Source: the human T2T-CHM13v2.0 reference genome, Homo sapiens
NCBI RefSeq assembly: GCF_009914755.1
Contig: NC_060926.1
Length of the DNA: 64,000 nt
Reading direction: 5' to 3' (one strand)
In this document: one piece after another, positions 11,878 through 61,168 of the stretch
How the letters are laid out: the number at the start of each line of letters is the position of its first letter
How positions within the stretch are numbered: position 1 is the first letter of the stretch
Translations under genes and position numbers: made by a program
Notes under the pieces: generated by a model
What the model saw: the letters and a program-made list of their open reading frames with translations, nothing else
Told to the model about the DNA's origin: nothing
Databases searched by the model: none

Positions 11878-13208
11878 GTAAGTATTCACACCGCTCTGGA
11901 GACAAACACAGGTGTTTGGTGAACATCCAGTACTAAGTGTTCACGCAGAATCCACAACCGCGAAGGGTCAATACTTAAAATCCGCTGAATTTGCCACAAT
12001 GCAGGTTTCTTCCCCTTGCTCCTCTCATCTTCAGTTTTGAAGCAATACAGCTGTAAACATATGCTTGCGAAATGAGAAAGAAACATTGAGATTGCTTTAC
12101 CTTTCGGTTTTTTTCTGAAAATCAAGGTGAAAAAAAAAAGCATCGGATTGCGTCTGTGTATATATATACAATCTCCTGTATATATAAATACACGGTGTTT
12201 GTGCTTGTACGCATACTCTATATTCACTGTATAATATATTACATATTATACAACCTGTGTGTCCCCTGAAATCGAGCCCTGTGTTTATCCTCAAATAATG
12301 CCTTATGAGCCATGCCATAGTTCCAGTGTCCTCTTGCTCTCCTCATAGCCCCTGGCTTGCTTTTGTCATACACTTAAACGTTCTTAGGTGAAAGAAGAAA
12401 CCCACGGATTTCATTTGAAAGTCCCACTAAAACAGAAGAAAGAGCAGATGTCCTGGGAAGCGATAATTAATGTGAAGGAAGTGTCTAATTGTGAGAACTG
12501 GCATGCCCCCAGTCTCCCGATTTTGCTCAATTTGGTGGCGATGATGTCAGCCGGGGGTGTCGTTTTGCAGAGATGTGCTGTCTACCCATTCTTCAGTGGT
12601 GATTATAATACCGTTTGGTCCAATTATCACTTATGATTACATAACGTGTTTTGATTGAAGAGTTTCTGAGAAAATAAAGGTACCCTGTCTTCCCCTGCAC
12701 ACAAAAAGAACCCCCGCAAGCCATTCGAGCAGGCAGGCTGACCTACCAAGAAACACTGGGAATTATTAGGCTAAATTATGAGTTGAACTTGATTTGGAAA
12801 CAAAGTATCCATTGTACATAACTCCCCACGACATCCAGGAAGATGTCATTGTTTTTCTGACAGCAAGTTTCTCCCCAGCACACTCTAAGCAGAGTCCCCG
12901 GGCGCATTCGTAAAGTCACGGAGAGTGTGCGGGAAGCATTGACAAAGCTTCCTTTTCTCTCCCTATTCTGTAGGCGCTTTAGTGCAGAGTTTGCCCAGAG
13001 ACGCCAGGGTATGAGCTTTCTGAATTTGTAGACTGGTGCACTCTTTCATTTCTGTTTTAGTTCTTTGCTGGCATGCTGGGGAAGCATGGTGTGTGCCACA
13101 CAGGAATGTCTGTTCACTTGGAAAATGCTTGTGCATGAATGAGGTGGTTGCTAATGCGGCTCTAAACTGTACTAAGTTTCTCACTTGGCTTTGTTTGCTG
13201 CTTTCAAG

Positions 13209-13217
13209 GGGATCAAG
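13209..13217 (+). CDS. EML6: Candidate 9-nt EML6 microexon, phase 2-2, GS(R)
   Basis: ttggctttgtttgctgctttcaag|GGGATCAAG|gtaatc; preserves frame; completes ...GSRPP as in recalled EML5 RGSRPP. Confidence 0.75.
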
Positions 13218-14084
13218 GTAATCCTTCTCTTTGCATATCCCGGGAGCAATAACTAATTACTTTGGAACATGCGGTGGGAGCTGGTACAGTTCTTTCTCGA
13301 CCCATCCATAGAGAAATCTGATTTAAGGAAACCCCACGTCACCAAGAACTGGCCTACTCCTCTAGGATTCCATTAGGGCTTACACATTATAAAATCTCTT
13401 CATTAAATTTGGAGGCCCCAGACCCCAAAACGGAGGCGGGAAAAGCAACCTTTGGTGTGGTAGCAGCTGAATGCAGACCCGAGTCCTGAGGCGAGGGCGG
13501 AGTGGGAGGCGGGAGTGCTGTCTGTCTCCTGTCCCTCTGCTTCCTGCCTGCCTGTCTGAGAAGTGAGGCCGACCTAGGCACTTGGCCTGTGGTCCTTAGG
13601 GCCCTTTCCGAAGCCTGGCTTGTAAGTGCCACTTCACGCCACACCATGGCCATCGACAACTTAATTCTGAACAACATGAGCACATCCCTGTCTGAAAAAG
13701 GTCAGCAAGTCCAGGAAATGTGGCCTCCCGCCCCTCATGGTCAGGCTTCTCCTTGGTTTTGAACCAAGCCCCTCTTGTTTCAAGCCCACATGTTCTTCCT
13801 GCTCCCCCTGCTCCCAGGAGAAGGTTAAGCAGAGGGAGGAGGGCTGACCCTGACCACGGTGCCTCAAGCGTGGGGAGGCCCAACCCAGTGCCTGTGAATT
13901 CAGGCTGGGTCCCGTGGCAGGCGGGGAGTGAGAGAGGAGGGCAGGACTGAACAGATCCAAGTGGAGGGGCCTTTGAGGCGGGAGGAGAGAGGAGGCCGGC
14001 ACTGGCCTAGACAGGCCACACCGGGAAGGCAGCCTTGCAGCCCTTGTTCAATGCTGTGCTTCCTCTGGCCGCTCTCTCTTCCAG

Positions 14085-35285
<21,201 letters not shown>

Positions 35286-37212
35286 AATGCCAGAAGCCTC
35301 TTATGTTATTGCTGCTGCTGCTACCAGCCAGCAACTGCAGAGGCCATGCTGAGGTGCCTCCTTGCCACCAGCCGTTGGGAAATGCCTACCATGCTGCCCC
35401 GGATGCACAAGCTCAAAACGCTGCAGAAGTTACACAACTGCTCCCATAATCTGGACTCTCCAAAACCGTGATGCCACGAAGGAAGGTCAAGTTTTAAAAT
35501 GTTAAAGACTGCTTGCCTCTGTTCCTGAGACTAAACAGTATACATACTAACTACATTGACAAAGAAATCCTATCTGATAATGTAGCCCGCTGACGAATTT
35601 TGAAGCCTCGGTTACCCTAACCAATATGTAGCTTTTAATTTGCATCAAAACTTTTACAAAGATGTTTTGCTATTGTTTCTATATACTTCAAGAATGTTCA
35701 TTTTTACAAATAAGTTGAACAAGACAGCCTAAGTTAGATGCACCGAAGTACTAGAAATATCGCTAGCCTCTGTTCTCCAGTTTAGCTTTCAAAACCAAAT
35801 GAGCCATGTATAAAGGAGTTGAGAAACTTAATTTTTAAATGTTTCATTTGCAGAGTTTTATATCCATTAAGTGCCTTTGAAAGTTTCCAGTTGTGTGGGC
35901 TGCTGTCTCACCTCCCACCAATTTCTCCTTTCTCCTTATGGTGCTAAAACCTCAAAGCTGAGGAGGGCTGCAGGACCCTTAGCAGATTCAGTGTGTCACC
36001 CTTGTCCTGTGTTCACGCCAAGGCTTCCTAAATGAAAGACATCGGTTACCTGCTTATGGGAAGGTGAGCAGCAAAGGAATTGAAGTTCGGGACAGGGTAG
36101 AATTATGGGTTTTCATTGTGTTTCATGCCAAACCCACAAAATCCAAAATAGAATTCAAGTTAAACAAACTTCTACTACAAAATGGAAGGGGAAAAAGGCT
36201 CAGGAAGGTCTATGAGAATGAGCTGACTTATCTCGTTAAATCTTAAGATAAATGAGGGTAACCCAAGGCTGCACCTTGGTGTACCACCCTGAGTGGAGTT
36301 GAGGTGACTTCATTTGATTGCTTCAGGCGAACTATATAGGTCAAGTCCAGATTATAAAAAAATTATCTGCAGAACAAATTGTAAACCCAAGGAATAGCTG
36401 GTAAATCAAAATTATAAAGTGAGTTAGAGTTCCTTGGAGTTGGTTGTATGACGGAATATGACTTGGACAATCTTTACCAGAAGCCATCCGTAAGCCCCTC
36501 AGTCACACTTTCCATGTAGCTGACCAGTGACTACAGGATGTGGCTGACAGTGCTCACTGAAAGGAGAGTTGGTGCGGGACTGGTGGTTCTGAGCACATAG
36601 ACGCCTATTAGTCCTTCTGGTCAGTGAACGAAAATTCTAGACCTACAGTTACTGGCTACTTGCATTTGTCAGTTTAGAGAAAAGGTAAAATGAGGCATTT
36701 TCAATTGTAGAATAGACTAACATTTACCACAGAAGTGCTTCAGCATTCTAAATGGATTAGATCACTCATTAAGCTATTTTTATATGCCAATTTACTAATG
36801 CCTTACATCAATCCACTAATAGGTTGTTGGGCCCGCAGTAGAGTCCCTATGCAGTCCCAATTCTGTTTTCTGTAACCATGTGACTGGTGATGCAGAGTGA
36901 TAACCATGTCTGCCTATCTTGTACTAGACTCTTCATGCTGATCGGATCTTGCATTGAAATAACCATGTGGAAGAACAATGAATCGATTAATGATGACATG
37001 TACAACCATATTTAAAGAGCAATAGTGTCCGTGTGTCATGAAAAACTTATTTGTAAACGTTTATATGGTATGATTTTGATTTTATGTATGTTCATAAATC
37101 CTGCACTGTATGATATATGTGAGTTAAAACATTGGTGCATGAATTTATTTTCAAAGTATAAAACACATCACTTAAACATTTTATGTGTCAAATAAAATTT
37201 GATTATGTAAAC
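35286..37212 (+). other. EML6: EML6 3'UTR (end approximate)
   Basis: Sequence with no obvious repeats after the stop, ending in AATAAA at 37191 and a downstream U/GU-rich stretch. Confidence 0.8.
37191..37196 (+). terminator. EML6: EML6 polyadenylation signal AATAAA
   Basis: tgtgtcaAATAAAatttgattatg followed by tttgttgacttttgttt. Confidence 0.8.
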
Positions 37213-37377
37213 ACATTTGTTGACTTTTGTTTCCACAGTAAACAAACAAACAGCTGCACCATCAGCTGAAAAAAACCCTTCTAAAAGCACAAGCTACCAT
37301 TTGCTGGTTGAAGCAGTTTACCCACTGTGTGCATTTTTAATCTGCTGCAATTTCATGAAATGAAAATACCAAAGCAT

Positions 37378-38344
37378 ATTTTAAGTCTATAAGCTTTATT
37401 GATACTTTGCTTTTACAGTTCACAATGCATTCCACAGATTTAGTTCAGTACAGCTTAAACCACAATGGTATAAATCTTCATTTTGTAATTAATAATTTCT
37501 TGCATAACAATGTTTGATATTTGCAAACAAACAACATTTTTGGAAGCATTAGATTCAGTCCATAGATTCTGTGACAAAATTAACTACAGTCAGTCTGTGC
37601 AATGAAATTGATGTTGTTGGAGTTCTATGTGTGTGGCATTTCATGTTGAAAACAGATGGTAGTGCTCCTAGAAATATTTCTTCTTCTAGCTTATGTGCTT
37701 TGGAACTACACATGTATAACCAATGACTGACTCTGAAATATCAAGCACTGTGGGGTGGCTGGAAGGTAAAGGTCTAAGCTTTGTGAAACACTATACATAT
37801 ATAATCTATATTTACTTATATTGGCAATTAATATAACAGTAAAAGTCACAATACACCTAGAACATACCAGAAAAGCAAGCTTTGTCATTCCTGCTTTACC
37901 GGTATGATCTCGTCTAAACAAACATTTCATTTCAGAAAATCTGCATCAATCTACACGGACCATACACAGTGCACAAACTGAAAAGGGCTTTTTTTTTTTT
38001 TTTTCTAGCTCCACCATCTCTGCAACTTGCCAAGATGCGGCAAGACTATCTGCAACAAAGTAAAATATACAGGTTTTTTATTCCACCAGTGCCTCAGATA
38101 GGAAAAAGATATGATTACGGTTTAAATCCATACATAGCAGCTTACAATACTTAAGATGATGAACACATGGCAGTCAAGACAGGTAATTTTTCCTCACAAC
38201 AGTGCATGGCTAAAAATAAAGATCTAACAACGATCTGTGAAACTGCACTGCAACGTCAAGGTTCGTTCTTCCCTGACCCTCCCCCGTATAATCAAATGAA
38301 TATCCCCTTTAAAGATGAACTCCTACTAATTATTTTGGGCGTTT
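37378..38344 (-). other. RTN4: RTN4 3'UTR (end approximate)
   Basis: Follows the TGA at 38345-38347; contains the recalled TATC and CAA indel contexts and two AATAAA signals. Confidence 0.85.
37395..37400 (-). terminator. RTN4: RTN4 distal polyadenylation signal AATAAA
   Basis: Plus-strand TTTATT at the end of the RTN4 3'UTR. Confidence 0.8.
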
Positions 38345-52914
<14,570 letters not shown>

Positions 52915-53187
52915 CTAAAAATTGAAAAAGAAATCTGAAATTAGAATGTTATTTTATCAATTTGGATTTGCTCCATCTATGAAAACAAAAAGGCTACTAC
53001 ATAAAGTAAAATCAAACCTAAAAATTTAAAGAAACACTAAGTTAAAGAAACACTAACTTTATAACCCACATTTTAAACCCACTCTTAGTTGTATATTAGT
53101 ATAACACCTTTATTTTTGACCACGAAATGTTTTTTATTCAAATTTATTTCTGCATAACCAAATCATTCTAGCCATACACAATGATTA

Positions 53188-53540
<353 letters not shown>

Positions 53541-55378
53541 TCATCTTGGGGTTTTTCATCTCATACAATGCATGCTATATATTCAAATAATTCAATAAAT
53601 ATATTCCAATAACAGAAAAAATATTAACACACTAAAATGAGATACTTCAGTGATACCAAAATATATTTATATGCAGAAAATAAATTTAAAAAGGCCGAGA
53701 TACAAAAACTACACATATGAATGAGCTTTTTTTCTTATTTGATTTTTTTGTGCTAGTAATAACTCTGCTCTTAAGATCTGTCTTTTAGAAACAAAATTGT
53801 AACTTAACCTGGCTATCATTAAAAGAAGAATTTCCTACAAAGAAAAAGACAAAACAAACAGCCTTTCGATTACCTGAAAAGCTACTTCCTTCTAAGAGTT
53901 GATAAATATAATGCCATAAAAATTTAGGGGTCAAAGAAAAAAGAAAAGTAAATGTGTTACACATTTACATAATGTTTATTAATAGTAAGGAGTCAGACAA
54001 AGCCCAATTTAGCATGTCTGCTCTTGGACATGGCCACAGGGCCACTGAGGGGATCAAGTAAGCATAGCCTGATGTCTCAAAATCGGGTTATGCTCAATGC
54101 AAGGAGAACCCCGAAGTGTGCCAAAGTGCTCTTGAATTCATAGGCTGATGTAATTAATCTCTCTCTGAACTGTGAACAATTGGGAGAAAAAAATTTATAG
54201 TAAATATGGATATACTCTTTCTAAGAAGAGGTGACATCAAAGAAAAATCACAGTTTTAGGGCTGCTTTGGTTTTGATCCCCAAGGTCCCCTAAGATGTAT
54301 GTAACTTTCCTTTGCTCTTAAGGGTACTTCTGTAGGGAAAACTATGTATGTGAACTGCACAATGTTGGATATTAGTACAAAGCCCTTAACTGCTGCTAGT
54401 ATATCATGAGTACTGTTTAGGATATTTTAAATGCCCATCACTGTGTCCAGTACATAGCAGGGATTCAAACACTTATTTCAGTTGCCTAAATGGTCTGGCT
54501 TGAATGCTATTAATTTAACATTCTATATATGATTTCGAAGTTTGTTTTCAAACTCTGATTTCAACTATTTATTCAAATATTCCCAAACTTGTTTGTTACA
54601 GCCCCTGCCTAAAACATCTAAAGGAGCTTAGTGCTATTCCACTAGTTTCTACTATTGTACTAGCACAACTGAGGACTGACAAGAACTTGAAATGGCCTAT
54701 CTATAGGTTGTCAAAGGGACATTACGAATAATGTCATATTGAATAAAGAGATAAGAGCAACGCTAATAGGTTTCTGGCAATCAGCAAACACTTAATGAGG
54801 TGAAACTGTTCAAGTAACTCAACCTAGCAGAATGAGAAAACTCATTCTGATTCTTGAAGGTCTTGTCCAACATTACAATTCTAGGAAAGATAAGACATAT
54901 AAAAGCAAGTCAATGAAGGTATAAAATAAACATTGCACTGCTATAAGAACTCAGAAAAGGGAAAAACTGGAAGAAATGTTAAGACTGTGAAATACTGTAA
55001 ATGGAAACTGAGCTGGGTCTTGAAGAATGAATGCGACCTAGAAAACCTAAAGGTACAGGCCTAACTGTAAGCATCTTTCTGCTAACAGTGGTTCTAATAA
55101 TTAATGCCTTTTTTTTTATTAGGAGGGTACAGTGAGAGAACACGGGGAGTGATGATAAAGACAGCCCTTGGTAGGATCACTCTTTCCTGTGAGGCTGCCT
55201 TTGTACCCTACAACGGTGACTTAATACACACAAACAGAAAACTTAGGTTCTATAGTTGGGTCACCTAGACTAAAAAAATGGTTGAATAACTTACGAGCTA
55301 CGTGACCTCAGGAAAGTCACTAAAGTCCTCTATATTTCAGTTTCTTCATCTATAAAATGTATATTAAAATAGGAATGA

Positions 55379-55625
55379 ACAAAAGGCATAAAGTTTCTAG
55401 ATAGAAAGGAGAAAAAACTTTTGAGATTTACTGCACCCCAGGGTGACAACAGTCAATAGTTGTATGTATTTCAAATAACTGAGAGTAAATTTCATGTCTC
55501 ACCACAAAAATAATAGGTAACAAGGCGGTACTTTAATAAGTTTGATTTAATCACACCACATTGTATACATGTCAAAACATATTGTACCCCATAAATATAT
55601 ACAGCTATGATTTGTCAATAAAAAA
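55379..55625 (+). mobile_element. 5'-truncated L1MA 3' end inserted in a MIR
   Basis: L1 3'UTR text; TSD aaaataggaatga on both sides; MIR-like flanks. Confidence 0.75.
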
Positions 55626-55948
55626 ATAGGAATGATCTCATTGAGATGTGATTCACTAGATTTTTCATTAGTAAGATAATTAATGTAAAGCACTTAATAG
55701 AGTACATAGCATACAATAAATTCTTAATAAATGTCAGTGCTATTTGTTGCTGTTATTATTACCACAATCACAATCATCTTACTCAATACTTAAATAGTAA
55801 ATACATAAAGAAGAAAATTTCAAACTTATTATTAACTTTAGGTTAATAAACTATACTGTTGTGTTATATTGTAAACATGTTACTTTATAAACCATATGGG
55901 AAAGAATTTTAAAGCTTATCTAAGTTTTTACTATTATAGGGTAAGTAA

Positions 55949-56297
<349 letters not shown>

Positions 56298-58003
56298 TCT
56301 CAAATCTATTTTTCATATGAACAAATGCTCCTTTATAAAAGTGGTTCTCAAACTGCTCAGAAACATTAATTAACCTTCAAAATCACTATTGGTGAGAAGT
56401 TAAAGTAAATGCAGATGTACTTGCTATTTTTTACCATCATTAAAAACTACTCAGTAAAACCTGGCCATGAAATCAATGACTTTAGATTTGAGAGGTTTGC
56501 ACTGTACAACATAAATTAATGTCTAATCAAACTTCCTAATATTATAACAGAGTTACTGTTTAAACAGGTGTAGTGACTATATATGAATTATTTATAATTA
56601 GTCTATAATTTCTACCTAAATGAATATGGTAGAAGGAAATATCAGGACTGGGATTCAAGAGACCCACATCCTAGCATGTACCAGCTCAGCAATTGTGTGA
56701 TTTTGGATACGACTCCAACCTCTCTGGCCTTCAGTTTTATCGTCCATAAAGGGCATTAATCTTCTAATCTCTCTTTTCCCTTAAGGAATTAACATGACCC
56801 ACAGTCAGTACAAAGATACACACATTAGTACTGCATTCAAATTCCCTGTCAGTGGATCCAAACCGATGAAGTTTTACTACTGGGTCATTATCTGTGCTCA
56901 ATATAATTTTAAAATATTTCCTTCCTTTTTAGATCTAGATTTTTTTGGGGAGAAGGAAGCTTAAATATTTTTATTCATACCAGTCTTCTGATTTGAACCT
57001 TCCTAGAAATATCTTAAGTACCAGACATTATTAAAACTTTAGGAAAATAACAAATTCATATTCCTACAATTTTTCAAGCAATTATAAACTCTATCATTAT
57101 GGCAACTGTATGAGAGAAACTTTTTAAAAGTTTGAAAAATGATACGCTTAAGCCTGATAGATGTTTTGATTGCTGATCTACATTCTCCAATCTCCACACC
57201 TCCTTTATGCCAAACACTGCAGTAGCCTATACAACATTATCTCTTTCAATTATTAAAACCTAATGAGCCACTATGCAAAGTGGGTTATGCCTGTAATTCC
57301 AGCACTTTGGGAGGCCGAGGTGGGAGGCCAGGAGTTTGAGACCAGGCTGGGAAACACAGAGACCCCTCATCTCTTAAACAAACAAACAAACCTAATGAAA
57401 GGTAGGCTTGAAAGAGTGAAACCCAGCTCCTACATGACTAGACCCAGATCACATCATTAATAAGTGGCAGAACATGGATCTGAACCCAGGATTCCTATGG
57501 ATAAAAACTCATATTCTCCATTGTATGATGCCAAATTGAAGGCTTAGCTGATTAAAGTGCTTCAAAATGTTATACGTGTGCATGCATAACAAATGGGCAA
57601 AGTGTAGGCAGATAATTACAACATGCAAGATGAATCATAAAGGCCAAGAAGAAAAGCTAAGTGAAATTAACAAGATAGTTTAATCAATAAGGGACAAATT
57701 TTAATGTGAATATTTCACCTACTGTTAGACCCAAAAACCGAGAACAGGGCTTTACTCCAATATATTTGATAAGTACTTTCCCACAGTAGAGAACTATAAT
57801 TAAGTTGTTGAAAAATGACTTTTAAAAACTATGTGAATCTAATTAAATAAAATCAGGGTATATTTATGCAAGAGAAATGTGTAGCCATTAAAAAAAAGTG
57901 ATACAGATCTACATTATCACAGAAACATGTCCATAATGATAAATGAAAACAGCATGTTACAAAAAGACTCACAGTATATTCTCACTTAAGAAATTAAACA
58001 TAT

Positions 58004-58367
<364 letters not shown>

Positions 58368-60012
58368 TTATCTCTGCATAACGGGATTATCAATGAGTTT
58401 TACTTGCTTCTTTACTCTTTTCTGTGCCATCTGAAATGGTCCCACTCTAATGGCAAGCATGAATCATGACTATAATCAGAAAAAAATTCACCCCATTCTG
58501 TTTCTATTCGGTACTACTGAAGAGTCTTATGAGTGTTATTTTTCCCAGTAGGCTTTCCTATTGGAAAAAGAACACCCTGTCTGTTAGGTTAATAAATATT
58601 TGGATCCAGCCAACAGTTAAAATTCTAGCAGTATATAACTAAGTTGATGATTCTGGTGTTCTGCGTTGAATCAAGTCAATTTTCCCAAAGTTAATGATAC
58701 CAGAATAGTCATGTATAAGGCCCAGCAGTACTCAATGATAGTAAGCCCTAACCTACCACTTCCTTTCCTCTTGTCATATGGTTCCTAGGAACACGGTCTT
58801 TTCAATAAATGGAAAAGCTCTGAAAATTACATACGTAAGCCCACACATACTGAATAAAAATATGTAAGCAGCTACATGAGAGTAGCTCAAAGCAGGTATC
58901 ATGACAGACATACTGAAACAAGTACTAGGAATGCTCTGGTGGAGCCATCAGACCCTTTAGAGCCCTGGAGGAAAACAAAAAGGGAAGAACAGCCAAGAGA
59001 AATGAGACAACTAGGCACTGATAGTCACACATAAGATAACATGAATATATCCTAGAATAGGAACACCTGAGAGGCAATCTACACTGCCACCAACCCCACT
59101 GTGCAAAGTACAGAAGAATTTCCATCTTTTTCCGTAAAGAAGCTGAAAAGATTGTTAGTGAAGCTGCAAGAATGAAAAAAATATTAGTTGATACCAAACA
59201 GTGTGGCTGACTTAATTGACATTTGCCAACAAAATTTCTAGTCCCTTACAGATTCCTCAAATTGGTTTTAATAAAAAAATTTTGAAAGATTGTTTATACA
59301 GGATAAATGATTCTCAATAGGAGGAATGTATAGAACTTTATTAAAATCCCTTCTGAGAAATATAGTGTTTTTCTGAGAAAAATACTGTTGCTTCTAATGG
59401 TCAACAAGAGAATTATTAGTTAATTTAGATTTATTAGTTAACTTAGAAGTTTGTTCAATCCTGATACCAAAATCAGACAAAGACATCACAAGAAAGGAAA
59501 ACTACAGATAAATATCCCTTATGAATATAGATGCAATAATCCCCAACAAAATACAAGCAAACTGGATCGAGCAACATATAAAAAAGATTATACACCATGG
59601 CCAAGTGGCCTTTATCTCAGAAATACAAGATTGATTAAACATACGAAAATCAATCAACACAATAAATCATATTAATAGGATAAGGACAAAAACCACATGA
59701 TCATCCCAACAGATGCAGAAAAAGCATCTCACAAACTCCAACACCCTTTCAAGATAAAACATTTAACATACTAGGAACAAAATGGAACATTATCAACCTG
59801 ATAAAGAGCATCTACAAAAACCCACAGCTAACATCAAACTAAATGGTAAAAATCTTTCCCCCTAAGACTAGGAACAAGACAAGTACATCCATTCTTGCCA
59901 CTTCTGGTCCTGGGGGTGCTATGCAGTGCAACTGGCCAAGAAAAAGACATACAAGGCATCCATATTGGAAAGGAAGAGATTAAACTCTATTTAAAGATAA
60001 CATGATCTTATA

Positions 60013-61168
60013 CAGTAAATCCTCACTTAAATGTTGAGGATAGCTTTCTGGAAACTGCAACTTTAAGTGAAATGACATGTAACAGAACCAATTTTACCAT
60101 AGGCTAATTTATATAAACAAGACTTCATTTTCTATGGCATATTTCTGGTCACAAAAACATCATCATATTCTAAATAAAGGTCGGGCGCAGTGGCTCACGC
60201 CTGTAATCCCAACACTTTCAGAGGCCAAGGCAGGCAGATCACCTGAGGTCACGAGTTTGAGCCTGGTCAACATGGTGAAACCCCATCTCTACTAAAAATA
60301 CAAAAATTAGCTGGGCATGGTGGCCGGTGCCTGTAATCCCAGCTACTCGGGAGGCTGAGGCAGGAGAATAACTTGAACTCAGGAGGCGGAGGTTGCAGCA
60401 AGCTGAGATCACATCACTACACTACAGCCTGCATGACACAGAAAGACCCTATCTCTAAAAAAAAAAAAAAATCTAAATAAAGACTCAAAACACTTCTACT
60501 ATTAAACACTGAAATAAAGTAAGCTATATATACATTTAAGAAAGATTTTTTAAAACACAATTTTTGGTGAATCAGTGATGGTGGTTGTAGTGGTGGTGGG
60601 TTAAATCAAGGAACAAATGTCTGCAAAGCAAATACTGTGGTAGGAGCACCTCCTACCACCACCACACAGTTCAGAAACAACAAATATGGAGGGATCTCTA
60701 AGTGCCTTCATACTGCATCATTTATTGTTGTGCATTTGCATGATTATTATATACTTTATGGGTTTTTATTTTATAATAATCTGTATTCATTCATTCATTC
60801 GTTCATTCATTTTCTAAGCTGCTTATTCCAGTTCTGGGTCACGGGTGGCCAGAGCCTATCCTGACATCTCAGGGTGCAAGGCAGGAACCAACCCTGGACA
60901 GGACACCATTCCATCACAGGGCACACTCATACACACACCCCCACACTCATTATGAGACAACTGATACACACCAGTGAACCTAATGTGTACATCTTTAGAA
61001 TGTGGGAAGAAACCACAGAGTACCCAGAGAAAACCCCATGCAGACATGGGGAGAACATACAAATCCCATACAGACAGTGGCCCCAGCAAGGAATTGTTTT
61101 TTTTTCTCTTCCTCATGCACATTATAACGAAACAACACTGAACAAAACAATGATATGAGGGTCTGTTG
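60013..61168 (-). mobile_element. MER6 (TcMar-Tigger) containing an Alu
   Basis: TA-flanked; internal aaaaccccatgcagacatggggagaaca and acagtggcccc; terminus cattataacgaaacaacactgaacaaaac. Confidence 0.8.
60179..60471 (+). mobile_element. AluS nested in MER6
   Basis: TSD tctaaataaag. Confidence 0.93.

Noticed and set aside
12388-12636. 82-aa ORF MKEETHGF...
   Set aside because: Starts at GTG at a splice acceptor and is out of phase with the EML6 intron; considered only as a stop-containing terminal exon
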